The notes: generated from the letters alone by a model not told the origin. DNA of 64,000 nt from Octopus vulgaris (GCA_951406725.2 OX597820.1:20088001-20152000); one strand, 5' to 3'. Numbered from the stretch's first letter, positions 1 through 14,037 are shown. A program made the numbers and translations.

Positions 1-172
1 GTTTGTAAGCAAGCTACTTTCCACACAGCCACTCCTGCACCTACTTGGTGAAATATCTTTGTCTTCAAGGACTGGGTGGGAATCCAACCAAAATAAAGAA
101 AAATATTTAAAATTGTTTATAAGTGTTGCTTTTTTTTAACCATAAAATGGAGAATTAATAAAAAATATAAAT

Positions 173-427
173 GTGCCCTTTTAAAACCTAGCCAGGCTCA
201 CGGGCCTGGTTTCCCGGTTTCCCGGTTTCTATGACGTATGTGTTCCCCAGCTGGACGGGACGCCAGTCCATCACAGCGTTACTCATTTTTGCCAGCTGAG
301 TGGACTGAAGCAATGTGAAATGAAGTGTTTTGCTCAAGAACACAACGCGTTGCCCAGTCCAGGAATCGAAACCACACTCTTACAATCAGGATACTGACAC
401 CCTAACCACTAAGTCACGTGCCTCCAC
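173..427 (-). mobile_element. SINE with family-C-like head, CORE-like middle and V-domain-like 3' part
   Basis: Head + cttgagcaaaacacttc..cagctgg + gatggactggcgtcccgtccag. Confidence 0.75.
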
Positions 428-508
428 AAAATAAATGAAGAATTACTTTATAAATTTTCATTTTTATTTGAATCTCAAATATAAAGATCTTAAAGAAAAC
501 TCACTTAC

Positions 509-646
509 CTTTTGAATTCTGAAATGTGTGATCATTTACGGGTCCAGTATTTGAAGTTGCGGTAGATCCTGATCCCACCAACCAATTATATCTATTGTGA
601 GCCATATTTGTCCACGTACAACGACCATGGTCAAAGTCACAGTCAC
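509..646 (-). CDS. Exon 27: MAM9 N-part (gene continues left of window)
   Basis: tag|GDCDFDHGRCTWTN..NWLVGSG..TGPVNDHTFQNSK|gtaag; 138 nt, phase 1-1. Confidence 0.93.
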
Positions 647-669
647 CTATAATATAATATAAAGCACAC

Positions 670-670
<1 letters not shown>

Positions 671-701
<31 letters not shown>

Positions 702-951
702 CCATCACCATCATCATCATCATTGTCATTATCACCACCACCATCATCATCATCCCCATCACAATCATAATCCTCCTCCTCTTCATCATCATCATCATCA
801 TCATCGCCTTCATCATTTCTATCATCACCACCATCATCATCATCATCATCATCATCATCGCCTTCATCATTTCCATCATCACCACCACCATCATCATCAT
901 CCTCATCATCATCATCATCATCATCATCGTCATCATCATCATCAGCATCAT

Positions 952-987
<36 letters not shown>

Positions 988-1015
988 GTCGTCATCGTCG
1001 TCATCATATTTCATC
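671..1015. repeat. (CAT)n microsatellite
   Basis: Direct inspection; starts about 25 bp from the exon 27 acceptor. Confidence 0.95.
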
Positions 1016-1594
1016 AGAAATTGGTATTGTAGTAATGTAGCAAAGTTACTAAAGCAAACACATTGAGGGGACCAGTCGGTTACATTCGGTCTTAATGCTC
1101 AACTGGTATTTATTATATTGACTGCAAAAGGATAGAATGCGTAAGTGACCTCTTGGGTGGAATTTGAACTCAGAATGCAAAGGCCGGTGATATGCCTCTA
1201 AATATTTTGATCTGAATACAAATGATTCTGCCAGCACACCAGCTTAGCAATAATTCTTTCTAATATAGGCACAAGGTCTGGAAAATGGGGAGCAAGGAAG
1301 CCTAGTTGATCCCTTTGATTCCAGGGCACATCATCATCAACATCCATTCTACAGCTCTCTCTCTTCTCTTCCCCTCCTTAATTCTTTTGTTCCTCTTTTT
1401 CGCTCTCTTCTCTTCTCATGTAACTGATAGGCCAGACTGCTAGCCCTCTCTTTGCGTCTGACCTTGGTCACTGCCACATCAATATTCTTCCCTGTGTTTG
1501 TGAAAGTTTTGTATCTCTGCTGTAAGGCTTCATTTCCACACACGCCAGCTGAATTCAATTCGTCCCAAGTCGAAAGACACCTGTTGTTATGTCC

Positions 1595-1658
<64 letters not shown>

Positions 1659-2114
1659 TCTATTGTATTTTGTATTTATATTCGTGTAACATCATCTGTT
1701 TTTCCGTCCTTGTTTTCGTATACATTTGATGCTTTCTTCCAAGGAATCTAATGCTCTTAGCTTAGTTTTTCCTAGGGGTTGGCCAGATTGGAGCAATCTC
1801 AAGATTAATCAACCGAAATTGTGAGGATGATCCAGTTCTTGACTGAGGATAAAAGGCTTCGAATGACCCATCCTTGTTTTTTTGTATCGTTTTGTTGTCC
1901 CTTTTTGTATCACCTAGTCGTCCAGATGTTTTGCGTTCTTGTCCCATTTTGTATTTTATATATATATATATGTATAGTGGCGTACATACACTTTGTTTCC
2001 CTATATATATATATAGTTAATCCAAACATGAAAGCACAAAAAAAACACAACAACGCGAGGACGTGGAACAAATATAGTATTATTGGACGCTCAGAAAAGA
2101 AGGAAAGAAGAAGG

Positions 2115-2149
2115 GTTTAATGTTTCGAGCAGAGCTCTTCATCGGAAAC
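2115..2149 (-). ncRNA. Degenerate minimal hammerhead-like motif
   Basis: GTTT cCgatga aGAGC tct GCTC GAAA CA TT AAAC. Confidence 0.55.
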
Positions 2150-2223
2150 ATAGGAGAAGGAAAGATCCAGAGAAGGGAAGACAGAGGGAAAAAAATCGCC
2201 AATGGTACACACGCGGTCACATT

Positions 2224-2268
<45 letters not shown>

Positions 2269-2344
2269 GCTTCTGACAAGGTTTTGATTAGCCTGAGGCC
2301 ATAGTAAAAGAAACTTGCCCAAGGTGCCTTGTGTGACATGGGTA

Positions 2345-2414
2345 AGATGTCATCTACCTAAGTATTCGCTAGACTCGATGTTGCTTAACTTTGTTGACCG
2401 GATGAGAACTGGAG
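2345..2414 (-). pseudogene. 5S rRNA-derived fragment (internal promoter region)
   Basis: ccagttctcatccggtcaacaaagttaagcaacatcgag..atacttaggtagatgac aligns by eye with invertebrate 5S ccggttctcgtccgatcaccgaagttaagcaacgtcggg..gtacttggatgggtgac. Confidence 0.7.
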
Positions 2415-2560
2415 CTAGAATTTTTTAGTTTGCCCGAAACTAGTTGTAGAAAGTCTTGGCACTGATGCCAAGAACCCAACAATAAAAAAAAACCCCACAA
2501 GCTGGCAATTTATCAAAATCTCATTGAATGATCAATAAAAATAAAAATAAAAATATATAC

Positions 2561-2651
2561 CTCCAACTTCACATTCTCCATGGGTAACTGTAATATCATC
2601 AATTGCGATGTCTCCATATGGCCCTGTGCCAATGACCCCTTCAAATATAAT
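2561..2651 (-). CDS. Exon 26: MAM8 C-part
   Basis: tag|IIFEGVIGTGPYGDIAIDDITVTHGECEVG|gtata; 91 nt, phase 0-1. Confidence 0.93.
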
Positions 2652-3426
2652 CTATAAATATAAAGGGTGTTGTAATACTTTGAATCAGTAAAGATTTTAA
2701 AACAAGCACTCAACATAAAATTATGCAGATGCTTTCATAGTTTAATTCCAAGAACTTTTGTAGATGACACTTTGTCACATGCCATGCACTAACTCTTGGC
2801 CCTTGGTCCCTCTGACTCCCTCTTGCCCTTGGTCCCTTTGAGTCCCTCTTGACCCTTCAGTTCCTTTTGTAACTTTCACCAGTTAAAAATATTAAGATAT
2901 GTAATCATATTTGTATGTAATTAATCCTTTCTACTAAAGGCACAAGGCCTGAAATTTGGGGGTTGGGGACTAGTTGATTACATTGACCCCAGTGTTTCAC
3001 TGGTACTTAATTTATTGATCCTGAAAAGATGAAAGGCAAAGTCAACTTCGGTAGAATTTGAACTGAGAATGTAGCGGCAGATGAAATACTGCTAAGCATT
3101 TCACTCGACCTGCTAATGATTCTGTTAGTTCACTGCCTTATAATTGTATATAATTAATAGTAATTGACGCAGTGTTAATACCAAAGGCTAATCTTGATCT
3201 CCAACTTAACACAAAGGTTGTGTTAGAACACGGAATACTGCGTTGTTTATCTTGAGAGAACCACTCATATGATCTCATTGTGCATAAAAGCACTCGAAAT
3301 TATATTGTTGACAGACAAGAATCATCTGCTACAGTTGCCAGAATGACCAGATCACCTGATTTCTCCCTGCTGTGGGTTCTTCAGTGATAAATGTCCAGCA
3401 GCATGATAACAGCTGAACCCCCAGTG

Positions 3427-3473
<47 letters not shown>

Positions 3474-3919
3474 TAATAAAGGGTTAATTGCAACAAGTTG
3501 CTTAAACCACATACCGAAAATATTAGAAATAGCAGCCAAATAGGTTACCATTACTACTACTAGAAAAATAAGTCTCCACAAACAAAACAAACAGAATTTG
3601 CAACCCGTATATGGTAAAGAGAAAGAAGATAACGAAATCGCAGCCTACTTGGATCAATTATGGACGAATCCGTTTCTGGATTAGAATCGAAAATTCATTT
3701 CCTTATCAACATAATATTTCCTATAAATCTAGAAATGCTAGGAAAAAACTCACCCATTACACCAATTCGATCAGGCAACATCGAACGATATAACAGTCTG
3801 CCGGCATCTCCACATTTATATAGACATGCAAATTTGTATCTCCCTCCAAAATTTCACCTGGTGAGTTACAAAAACAGTACCACCGAAACGAAGTTTCGCA
3901 GATTCTTTGTATGGGAGTA

Positions 3920-4308
3920 ATGGATGGAAGCACTCCGTCGGTTACGATGACGAGGGTTCCGGTTGATCCGAATCAACGGAACAGCCTGCTCGTGAAATTA
4001 ACATGTAAGTGGCTGAGCACTCCACAGACACATGTACCCTTAACGTAGTTCTCGGGGATATTCAGCGTGACACAGAGAGTGACAAGGCCGGCCCTTTGAA
4101 ATACAGGCACAACAGAAACAGGAAGTAAGAGTGAGAGAAAGTTGTGGTGAAAGAGTACAGCAGGGATCACCACCATCCCTGCCGGAGCCTCGTGGAGCTT
4201 TAGGTGTATTCGCTCAATAAACACTCACAACGCCCGGTCTGGGAATCGAAACCGCGATCCTATGACCGCGAGTCCGCTGCCCTAACCACTGGGCCATTGC
4301 GCCTCCAC
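3920..4308 (-). mobile_element. tRNA-derived SINE family C, full length with 9-bp TSD
   Basis: Head ggcgcaatggcccagtggttagggc..ggtttcgattccc; TSD atgggagta at 3911-3919 and 4309-4317. Confidence 0.92.
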
Positions 4309-4328
4309 ATGGGAGTATTAGTATTCAA

Positions 4329-4575
4329 TACACATAAGGGGTGAAATATAATTAATTTAATAAAATTAATAAATTTCACCTTGTAGTTTTTTCGGTATGG
4401 AAATGACCATATTCGGTAAGGATTATATATAATTATAATAAAGGGTTAATTGCAACAAGTTGCTTAATTATATATAATTATATATAATCCTTACTGAATA
4501 TGGTCATTTCCATACTGAAAAAACTACTAGGTGAAATTTATTAATTTTATTAAATTAATTATATTTCATCCCTTA

Positions 4576-4580
<5 letters not shown>
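4329..4580. repeat. Imperfect AT-rich palindrome
   Basis: ~105-bp arms; spacer duplicates the 3470-3505 sequence. Confidence 0.88.
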
Positions 4581-4620
<40 letters not shown>

Positions 4621-4956
4621 TCATCATCATTTAACATCCACTTTCCATGCTAGCATGGGTTGGACGATTTGGCTGAGGACTGGCGAACCAGATGGCTGCA
4701 CCATGCTCCAATCTTCATCTGGCACAGTTTCTACAGCTGGATGGCCTTCTTAATGCCAACCGCTCCAAGAGTGTAGTGGGTGCTTTTACATACAACTAGC
4801 AACTTGAATGCTTTTTCATGTGCCACCAGCACAAGTGCCAGTAAGGCGACACAGGTAACGAGCATGCTCGAATGGTGCTTTTTACATGCCACCGGCACAG
4901 ATGCCAGCTTGTTGCTCTGGCAACGATCATGCTCGTATGGTTCTTTTAATGCTCCA

Positions 4957-5023
<67 letters not shown>

Positions 5024-5169
5024 TATATGCAAGAAAGTAGAAAGGAGAGAGAGTAAATGAGTGAGAGAGAGAGAGAGAGAGAGTAAAGATAGAGAGAAAG
5101 TTGAGAGAGAGAGAGATAGAGAGAAGGTGGGGTGGAGGGAGAGTAGAGCAGTGAGAGTAAATGAGTATA

Positions 5170-5200
<31 letters not shown>

Positions 5201-5224
5201 TAAAGAATAAATGTAGATCCTCAC

Positions 5225-5347
5225 CTGATACGGATTTTCTATCATCTTTGGTACTTCTACCATTCCAAGTATCCATCCTTTTTGTTGGTCCCCTTTAATT
5301 TGAAGGTAACTGTCTGTATCATAGGGCTTGGTATCATGAATGCGCAA
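5225..5347 (-). CDS. Exon 25: MAM8 middle b
   Basis: tag|LRIHDTKP..KGDQQKGWILGMVEV..NPYQ|gtgag; 123 nt, phase 0-0. Confidence 0.9.
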
Positions 5348-5377
5348 CTAAAGCAAAAAAATAATTGCAATTTACTT

Positions 5378-5607
5378 TTAACCCTTTCGTTACCGTATTT
5401 ATTTTGAGGTTCTCTGTGCTTCTTTCAATTAATTTTAAATAAAACAAAGAATTTAGTAAAATAACTTAGTTATCATTCAGCTAGTGTTAGGAACATAAAT
5501 TGTGACTAACGTTTGGTGGAAGGTTTTAATTCAGAACTTATGTAAACAAGACATATGTACTACAGAGCCAGAGGTGGTTTCAGCTGGGTTGGTATCAAAA
5601 GGGTTAA
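5378..5607. mobile_element. TTAA-flanked piggyBac-like MITE, family 1
   Basis: ttaaccctttcgttacc..ggtatcaaaagggttaa; near-identical copy at 60789-61017. Confidence 0.8.
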
Positions 5608-6772
5608 GAATTGTTTCTGTATTATATATTCTAACCATTTTGTTACCATATTTCTGTTGAGATGCTCTTTGTATCTTTCAATAAGTTTTAACTATGACAA
5701 AGAATTTTGTAAAATAACTTAGCTTTTCCATCCTTGTTTACGTATACATTCGATGCTTTCTTCTTATACACCTGTTATAAACACATGCCATAAACACAAC
5801 ATCTAAACAATGTCTATATGGAGTCAGACAGTCTTAGACCTGTCTATGGACACAATGACATGATACTGACTCAATATGAAACCTAAAGCTCTTTTCTGAA
5901 TACCTGGCACCCTAATCACCCCATTATGGCCTGACTCTCTGCTGGTTATGATCTTAAGTGTTCTAGTTGATTTGATCATCAAACAATCTGCTCATGAAAT
6001 TATTGAGCATTCCACAGACATGCTTACTCTTAATGTAGTTCTCAGGGATATTCAGTGCGACCCAAAATGAGATGAGGCCAACCCTTTGAATTATAGGTAC
6101 TATTCCCGTGCTGGTGGCACGTAAAAAGCACCAACCGATCGTGGCCACTGCCAGCCTCCCCTGGCACCTGTGCCGGTGGCACGTAAAAGGCACCCACTAC
6201 ACTCACAGAGTGGTTGGCGTTAGGAAGGGCATCCAGCTGTAGAAACACTGCCAGATCAGACTGGAGCCTGGTGCAGCCTCCATGGCTTACCAGACCCTGG
6301 TCGAACCATCCAACCCATGCTAGCATGGAAAACGGATGTTAAACGATGATGATGATGATGATGATGATTCATTTTTGGCAGCTGATTGGACTGAAGATAT
6401 GAGAAACACTGTCTTATTTAAAGACATAACGAACTAACAGGAATCGAAGCCATGATCTTATGATCATGAACAGAATATCCTAACCCCTAAGCCACATGTC
6501 TTCTCATCAACTCATTAACCTCCACTAGTAAGGACAACATCATCATCATCACATTATCATCATCATTTAACGTTTCTCTTCCATGCTTGTATGGGTTGGG
6601 TGGTTTGAGAGGAGCCAGCCAGACAGAAGTCTACATCAGGATGCTGTGTCTATTTTGGCATAGCTTTTATGGCTGGCTGCACTTGCTATCACCAGCCACT
6701 CCATAGACTGGATGGAGTGTTTTTTTATATGGTACCAGCACAGGCAAGGTAAGCTTTGACATAACTTTTACA

Positions 6773-7288
6773 TACCGTAAATCCTTGAGTATAATCCGCA
6801 TTTTTTTCCCAAAATTTAAAGGTCAAAATCCCTAGTGCGTATTATATATGAGGTTAAAAATGAAAAGTATTTTCTAAGCAATGTCCGAGTCTCTATTTGC
6901 TGTCCGGCAATGTTTATTCAGATGCATTTTGTGATGTTGGGCGCAAAAATACCTTAAGCTAAGCCTGAAAGCAATGAAGTCATAGAAGGATCATCCATAA
7001 CTTGCAGTAAGCAACATTTATTAAACGTTATTACTGTTATTTCTTTATTTTCTGCAAACAAAATGCACAAAAAAGCTACACGTTTGCATTATGTTATATA
7101 TGCAATAATAATAAGGGACATTACCGTATACATTTTTACAAACCAGGGACGTTATATAGACCTCCTTGACTCAAGTTAGAGAAGGGGTGCGTATTATACA
7201 CAAGGTTTAGGTTTTCCAGAGGTACAGCCCCCTAAAAATCCCCTGCATATTATACTCAAGGGCAGACTATACTTGAGGATTTATGGTA
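6773..7288. mobile_element. pogo/Tigger-like MITE
   Basis: TIR taccgtaaatccttgagtata / tatacttgaggatttatggta, TA ends. Confidence 0.8.
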
Positions 7289-7341
7289 GTTAAAAAAAAA
7301 AGAGAAAAACTCTTAAATTGTTACAGAAAGTAAGTTCTTAC

Positions 7342-7493
7342 CTTTATGTTGAGTGATCCAACATTTCGTCCGTAGATATTGTAGTAAAACTGTACACAGT
7401 GGTCTTCTTCAGGAGCATCATATTTTGGAGACAACAGTCGAGCTACTTCCTTTGGCTTTCGAGGAGAGCGAGATGAGATATGCATGTAGTGGC
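7342..7493 (-). CDS. Exon 24: MAM8 middle a
   Basis: aag|GHYMHISS..ARLLSPKY..CVQFYYNIYGRNVGSLNIK|gtaag; 152 nt, phase 1-0. Confidence 0.93.
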
Positions 7494-8249
7494 CTTGAAG
7501 ATAAGCAATTTATTAAATTTAGTTTAATGTTTTGGAGAGCAGATACAGTTTTTTTTTTAAATAGCATTTATTGTTTTTTTTTAATATAGAAACATGGCAG
7601 ATTGGTTTAGGAGCTTACTGTGCCAAAAAATGGTCCCAGGTTCAGTCCTACTGCATGACACCTTTGGCAAGTGTCAGCTGCTATAGCCAGCCACGGGCCA
7701 ACTGATGCCTTGTGAGTGTATTTACTAGACACTTGCCCAAGGTGCCGTGCAGCGGGATTTGAAACTAAAACCATGTGCTTGCAATGCAAACGTCTTAACC
7801 ATACAGCATGGCTGTGTGATTAGAAGCTTGCTTCCCAGCCATATGGTTCTGGGTTCATTCCCACTGCGTGGCACCCTAGGCAAGTGTCTTTTACTGTAGC
7901 CTTTGACCAACCAAAACCTTGTAAGGGGATGTTGCAGATGGAAACTGAAAGAAGCCTATCATATATGTGTGTGTGTGTGTGTGTGTCTTTGTGTCTGTGT
8001 TTGTTCCCCACCACTGTTTGACAAGTGGTTTTGGTATGTTTACATCTTCATTACTTAGCAGTTTGGCAAAAGAAACTGATAGAATAAGAACTAGGCTTAA
8101 AAAAGTAAGTCCTTGGGTCTATTTGTTCGACTAAAACCCTTCATGATGGTGCCCCAGCATGGCCACATTCAAATAAATGGAACAAGTAAAAGATACAACT
8201 ATGACTACACCTGTACAATAAAAATTAAATTACTGAAATAATATTTACT

Positions 8250-8430
8250 GAAAGAAGAAGAAGAAGAAGAAGAAGAAGAAGAAGAAGAAGAAGAAGAAGA
8301 AGAAGAAGAAGAAGAAGAAGAAAAAGAAGAAGAAGAAGAAGAAGAAGAAGAAGAAGAAGAAGAAGAAGAAGAAGAAGAAGAAGAAGAAGAAGAAGAAGAA
8401 GAAGAAGAAGAAGAAGAAGAAGAAGAAGAA
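8250..8430. repeat. (GAA)n microsatellite
   Basis: About 60 units; another tract at ~10438-10550. Confidence 0.95.
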
Positions 8431-8461
8431 TTATTATTATTATTATTATGATGATGATGAT

Positions 8462-8779
8462 AGCAAAATGGGCTGATTCCTACCTAGCTCAGACACCAGG
8501 AAACCCCAAAATAGCAGAAATTCAAAAGATAGTGCTCATGGGAACTGCCCATATCCTATGTAAAATACTGTCTATGTAATCTCAAATTCTAAAATAATCT
8601 CACAATTTTCTTGTTTATTTAAACATTCTCTAGAATAATACTCTGAGCAAAACCAAATATATGACATCCTAGGCATAACACCAACATAAACTTCTAACTT
8701 GCTGTCACTTGGGATCTCTGGGTGAGACTTGGAGCCAGCTTGTACAAATACAAAGCAAAATTTCAAACATATAGTAATG

Positions 8780-8790
<11 letters not shown>
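8462..8790 (+). mobile_element. R4/Dong-like (RLE) LINE 3' fragment within TAA/ATT microsatellite
   Basis: EIQKIVLMGTAHILCKILSM* C-terminus followed by UTR and (TAA)n; related copy at ~34910-35210. Confidence 0.65.
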
Positions 8791-8813
<23 letters not shown>

Positions 8814-10590
8814 TAATAATAATGGGGGAGCATCATAGCCGTGTGTTGAAAGGAATTCTCTTGGAGGTTTAGATAATTCACTTTAGGAAACATGGGTGGT
8901 TCGTTCAACATCCTTAAACAATCCTTATTCAGGGACCTTTTGAGCGGTATGGGTTACTCGACCGGAAGAAAATTCTAACTGGGCCCCACCTGCAAGGTCA
9001 TGCGCCGTTTATCTTGATATGAGATCACCATGTCGTGCACATATGGTTGTGATGCATGTGCCTGGTGTACCCTTATCAGACAGGTAGTCATGATGGGTAT
9101 ATTGGGGTTCGTATATTTTACCCCAGTGTCACTTTGATGGCATGCACTGCTCTCTCACTCAATAATAATAATAATAATAATAACTTCTCTATTTTTAATT
9201 TTTTCGATTTTTTCTCTCTCTTCCCCTTTATATTTATAACATGACTCTGTAAATGAACAATCTGGTGTGTTTGCTTTAATGGCCTATACAGTATGTTTTC
9301 TGCCCTAGGTATCAGGAAGACACTCAGCAAGAAATGGAAACATAATAGAAAGAAGATGCTAATGAAAATAATGATAATAGTAATAATAATCCTTTCTACT
9401 ATAGGCAAAAAGCCTGAAATTTTTTAGGGTGGAGGGAGGGAAGGATAAGTTGATTACATCAACCTGGTACTTACTTTTATCAACCCCGTAAGGATGAAAG
9501 GCAAAGTCGACTACAGTGGGATTTGAACTTAGAATGTAAAGATGGATAGAATGCTGCTAAGCATTTTGCCTGGTGCACTAAGGATTCTGCCAGCTCACCG
9601 CCTTAACAACAACAATAACAACAACAATAATAATGGTTTCAAATTTTGGCACAAGGCCAGCAATTCTGGGGGAGGAGTAAGTAGATTTCATTGACCCTAG
9701 TATTCAACTGGTATTTATTTTATTCTTTTCTACTCTAGGTACAAAGCCTGGAATTTTTAGGGAGGGAGCCAGTCGATTAGATCAACCCCAGTACGCAACT
9801 GGTATTTAATTTATCAACCCCGAAAGGATGAAAGGCAAAATTAACCTTGGTGGAATTTGAACAGAGAACCTAAAGACAGACGAAATGCCTCTAAGCATTT
9901 TGCCTGGCATGCTAACAATACAGCCAGTTTGCTACCTTAACAAAAACAACAAAAACACCAGTGGAGACACAATGGCCTAGTGGTTAGGGCAGTGGACTCA
10001 CGGTCGTAAGAATGCGGTTTCAATTCCCATACGGGGCATTGTGAGTGTTTATTGAGCTCCCTGAAGCTCCCCGAGATTCCGGCGAGGGCTGGGGGTGGGG
10101 GGTGGGGGTGAACCCCACTGTACTCTTTCACCACAACTTTCTCTCACTCTTTCTTCCTACTTCTGTCACAAAGCAGAGGAACCATGGTGTAACCCACTAT
10201 GGTGTGGTAAAACTTTCAGACGCTAGTCTAGATTGCGAATCCTCTGTACCCCAGGATGGTTCAGCTCTCCACCCGTTAAAAGCCACCATTTACGGAATGA
10301 GGATAACAACGTAGCTTTCGTGCCTGTGCAACTGCCAGTCTATCGCGTGAAGTTGCCACACGCATTCTTAGTAGCTTAGAGTAGGCATGAATTAGAGATT
10401 ATTCCTTGTGGCTAAATGGCGTGAGTCCTGATTGGAATAAGAAGAAGAAGAACAAGGAAAAGAAGGAGGAGGAGAAGAAAAAGAAGAAGAAGAAGAAGAA
10501 GAAGAAGAAGAAGAAGAAGAAGAAGAAGAAGAAGAAGAAGAAGAAGAAGACAACACCAACAACAATAAGAAAAAGTAAGAATTTACTAAC

Positions 10591-10740
10591 CGTTGCTTGA
10601 TCCATATGTATGATCTTTATTAGGTGCCGTTGAAAACCATGATTTGTAACCTGTTCTCCATATCCACTTAAAGTTAGCAGAACTATCAGGTTGATAACCA
10701 CATAAGCTTCGAGTTTCAAAATCACATTTACCAATGGGTT
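10591..10740 (-). CDS. Exon 23: MAM8 N-part
   Basis: cag|EPIGKCDFETRSLCGYQ..FKWIW..APNKDHTYGSSN|gttag; 150 nt, phase 1-1. Confidence 0.92.
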
Positions 10741-10849
10741 CTGTCAGATTCATCAAAAAGAAATTAAAAAATTAACAAATATTTACATCGTTCATTTACA
10801 ATCCACATGGCATCAGGAAAAGGGGACACAAACATACACTCACAGATAT

Positions 10850-10893
<44 letters not shown>

Positions 10894-12464
10894 TAAAAAG
10901 TGTACATTTAAACACAAGAGAAAACTACCTTTTAACAGGTAATTTTTAGATGCTAGAAATAGCAGCCAACACAGCCAAAACCACGATTTAATAGCAATTT
11001 TCGAAGCGATTGAAAAATAAAAACTTTTACCTTGTTATTTATTATCGGTTATACCATGGTTTCAAAATTTCGTTACCAAACAAGTATATATATATATATA
11101 TATATATATACACTACACTCTCAGAGTGGTTGGCATTAGGAAGGGCATCCAGCTGTAGAAACTCTGCCAGATCAAGACTGGAGCCTGGTGCAGCCATCTG
11201 GTTCACCAGTCCTCAGTCAAATTGTCTAACCCATGCTAGCATGGAAAACAGATGTTAAACGATGATGATGATATATATATATATGAGTCCATAACCCGTG
11301 GCCTTCTACATGGGATGGAGCCAGCCTACGTATGCATACCTTCCCTTCTTGGGACACAAAACTCTACTTGTGAAGACCTGTTGAGGCAAGTGAGGATCAG
11401 AATCGAAATCGATCAATGGAAATTGCAGATGTGTTACCAGTGCCGGTGGCATGTAAGAGAACCTTCCGTTTCGTGACCATTACCAGCGCCGCCCCGACTG
11501 GACTCGTGCCGGTGGCACATAAAAAGCACCATCCGTTCGTGGCCGTTTGCCAGCTCTGTCTGGCACCTGTGCGGGTGGCACGTAAAAAGCACCCACTACA
11601 CTCACGGAGTGGTTGGCGTTAGGAAGGGCATCCAGCCGTAGAAACACTGCCAGATTTGACTGGGCCTGATGAAGCTTTCTGGCTTCACAGACCCCAGTAG
11701 AACCGTCCAACCCATGCTAGCATGGAAAGTGGACGCTAAACGATGATGATGATGATGATGATGATATATATATATATATATATAAATATTCTTATATTCT
11801 TTTATTCTTTTACTTGTTTCAGCCATTTGACTGTGGCCATGCTGGAGCACCGCCTTTAGTCGAGCAAATCGATTCCAGGATTTATTCTTTGTAAGCCTAG
11901 TTCTTATTCTATCGGTCTCTGTTGCCGAACCCCTAAGTTATGGGGATGTAAACACACCAGCATTGGTTGTCAAGCAATGTTGGGGTGACAAACACAGACA
12001 CACACACATATATATACATATATATATATACATATACACACATAGTTATATATATAAATATATATATATTCTTTTATTCTTTTACTCGTTTCAGGCATTT
12101 GACTGCGGTCATGCTGGAGCACCACCTTAAAAGGTTTTAGTCAAAGAAATCGACCCCATGACTTGTAAGCCTAGTACTTATTTTAGTGGTCTCTTCCACC
12201 GGACTGGCTTCTGTGATGGTGCCATGTAAAAAGCACCCACTACACTCTTGGAGTGGTTGGCGTTAGGAAAGCCATCAAGCTGTAAAAACACTGCCAGATC
12301 AGATTGGAGCCTGGTGCAGCTGCTGGCTCTCCAGACCTCAGTCAAACCGTCCAACCCATGCCAGCATGGAAAACAGACCTTAATCGATGATTTATGTATG
12401 TATGTATGTATGTATGTATGTATGTATGTATCTATGTATGTATGTAAGTATATATGCATGTGTG

Positions 12465-12505
<41 letters not shown>

Positions 12506-13104
12506 CATCATCATCATCATCATTGTTTAACGTCCGTTCTCCATGCTAGCATGGGTTGGACGGTTCGACCGGGGTTCTGGGAAGCCAGAAGGCTGCACCA
12601 GGCTCCAGTCTAATCTGGCAATGTTTCTACAGCTGGATGCCCTTCCTAACGCCAACCACTCCGTGAGTGTAGTGGGTGCTTTTTACGTGCCACCTGCATA
12701 TATATATATTATAAGATAAGAAAATAGAGAGATAATCAATAAATTATTATTTATTAATTAAATTCATCTTTGTCAGTTTTTTAATTAATAAATAATAATT
12801 TATCAATTATCTATACACACACCACACATACATGCACACATATGCATGCATACATGTATATACACACATACATACATGCACACACACACACACACACACA
12901 CACATAAAGACACACAGAGACACACATATACATGATGAACTTCTTTCAGTTTCCATCTACTAAATTCACTCACAAAACTTTGGTTGGCCTAAGGGCTATA
13001 ATAGAAGGCACTTTCTCTAAGTGTCAGGCAGTGGGGCTGAACCTGAAGCCATGTGGTTGGGAAACAAGCTACTCAAACCACACATCCACACCTATTCTAA
13101 TTCT

Positions 13105-13985
13105 TTTCTGCTCTAGGCACAAGGCCCAAAATTTTGTGGGAGGGGGCCAGTCGATTAGATCAATCCCAGTACACAACTCGTACTTAATTTATTGACCCCG
13201 AAAGGACAAAAGGCAAAGTTGACCTTGGTGGAATTTGTACTCAGAATGTAAAGACAGACGAAATACCTATTTCTTTACTAACCACAAAGGGCTAAACACA
13301 GAGAGGACAAACAAGGACAGACAAACGGATTAAGCCGATTATATCGACCCCAGTGCGTAACTAGTACTTATTTAATCGACCCCGAAAGGATGAAAGGCAA
13401 AGTCGACCTCGGCGGAATTTGAACTCAGAACGTAGCGGCAGACAAAATACGGCTACGCATTTCACCCAGCGTGCTAACGTTTCTGCCAGCTCGCCACATT
13501 TGAACTCAGAACGTAGCGGCAGACGAAATACCGCTAAGTATTTCACCCAGCGTGCTAACGTTTGTCATTTCTTTATTGCCCAGAAAGGGCTAAACATAGA
13601 GGGAACAAACAAGGACAGAGAAAGGGATTAAGTCGATTACATTGACCCCAGTGCATAAATGGTACTTATTTAATTGACCCTGAAAGAATGAAAGGCAAAG
13701 TCAACCTTGGCAGAATTTCAACTCAGAACGTAACGGCTGATGAAATAATTATTTCTTTACTACCCACAAGGGGCTAAACTCAGAGAGGACAAACAAGAAC
13801 AGACAAATGGATTAAGTTGATTATATCGGCCCCAGTGTGTAACTGGTACTTATTTAATCGACCCCGAAAGGATGAAAGGCAAAGTTGACCTCGGCAGAAT
13901 TTGAACTCAGAACCTAATGGCAGACGAAATACCGCTTAGCATTTCGCCTGGCATGCTAACGATTCTGCCAGCTCACCACCTTAAC
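13105..13985 (-). mobile_element. Tandem array of SINE family B (Meta-domain-like core)
   Basis: Repeated gttctgagttcaaattccgccgaggtcgactttgcctttcatcctttcggggtcg core, ~4.5 units. Confidence 0.88.
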
Positions 13986-14037
13986 ACACACCTGTGCTTA
14001 TTAATGCAACGATAATTATTTTAAAGCAGCTTCTTAC

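Noticed and set aside
643-1014. Poly-Asp/Met ORF
   Set aside because: (CAT)n microsatellite in an intron; the real exon begins at the acceptor at 646.
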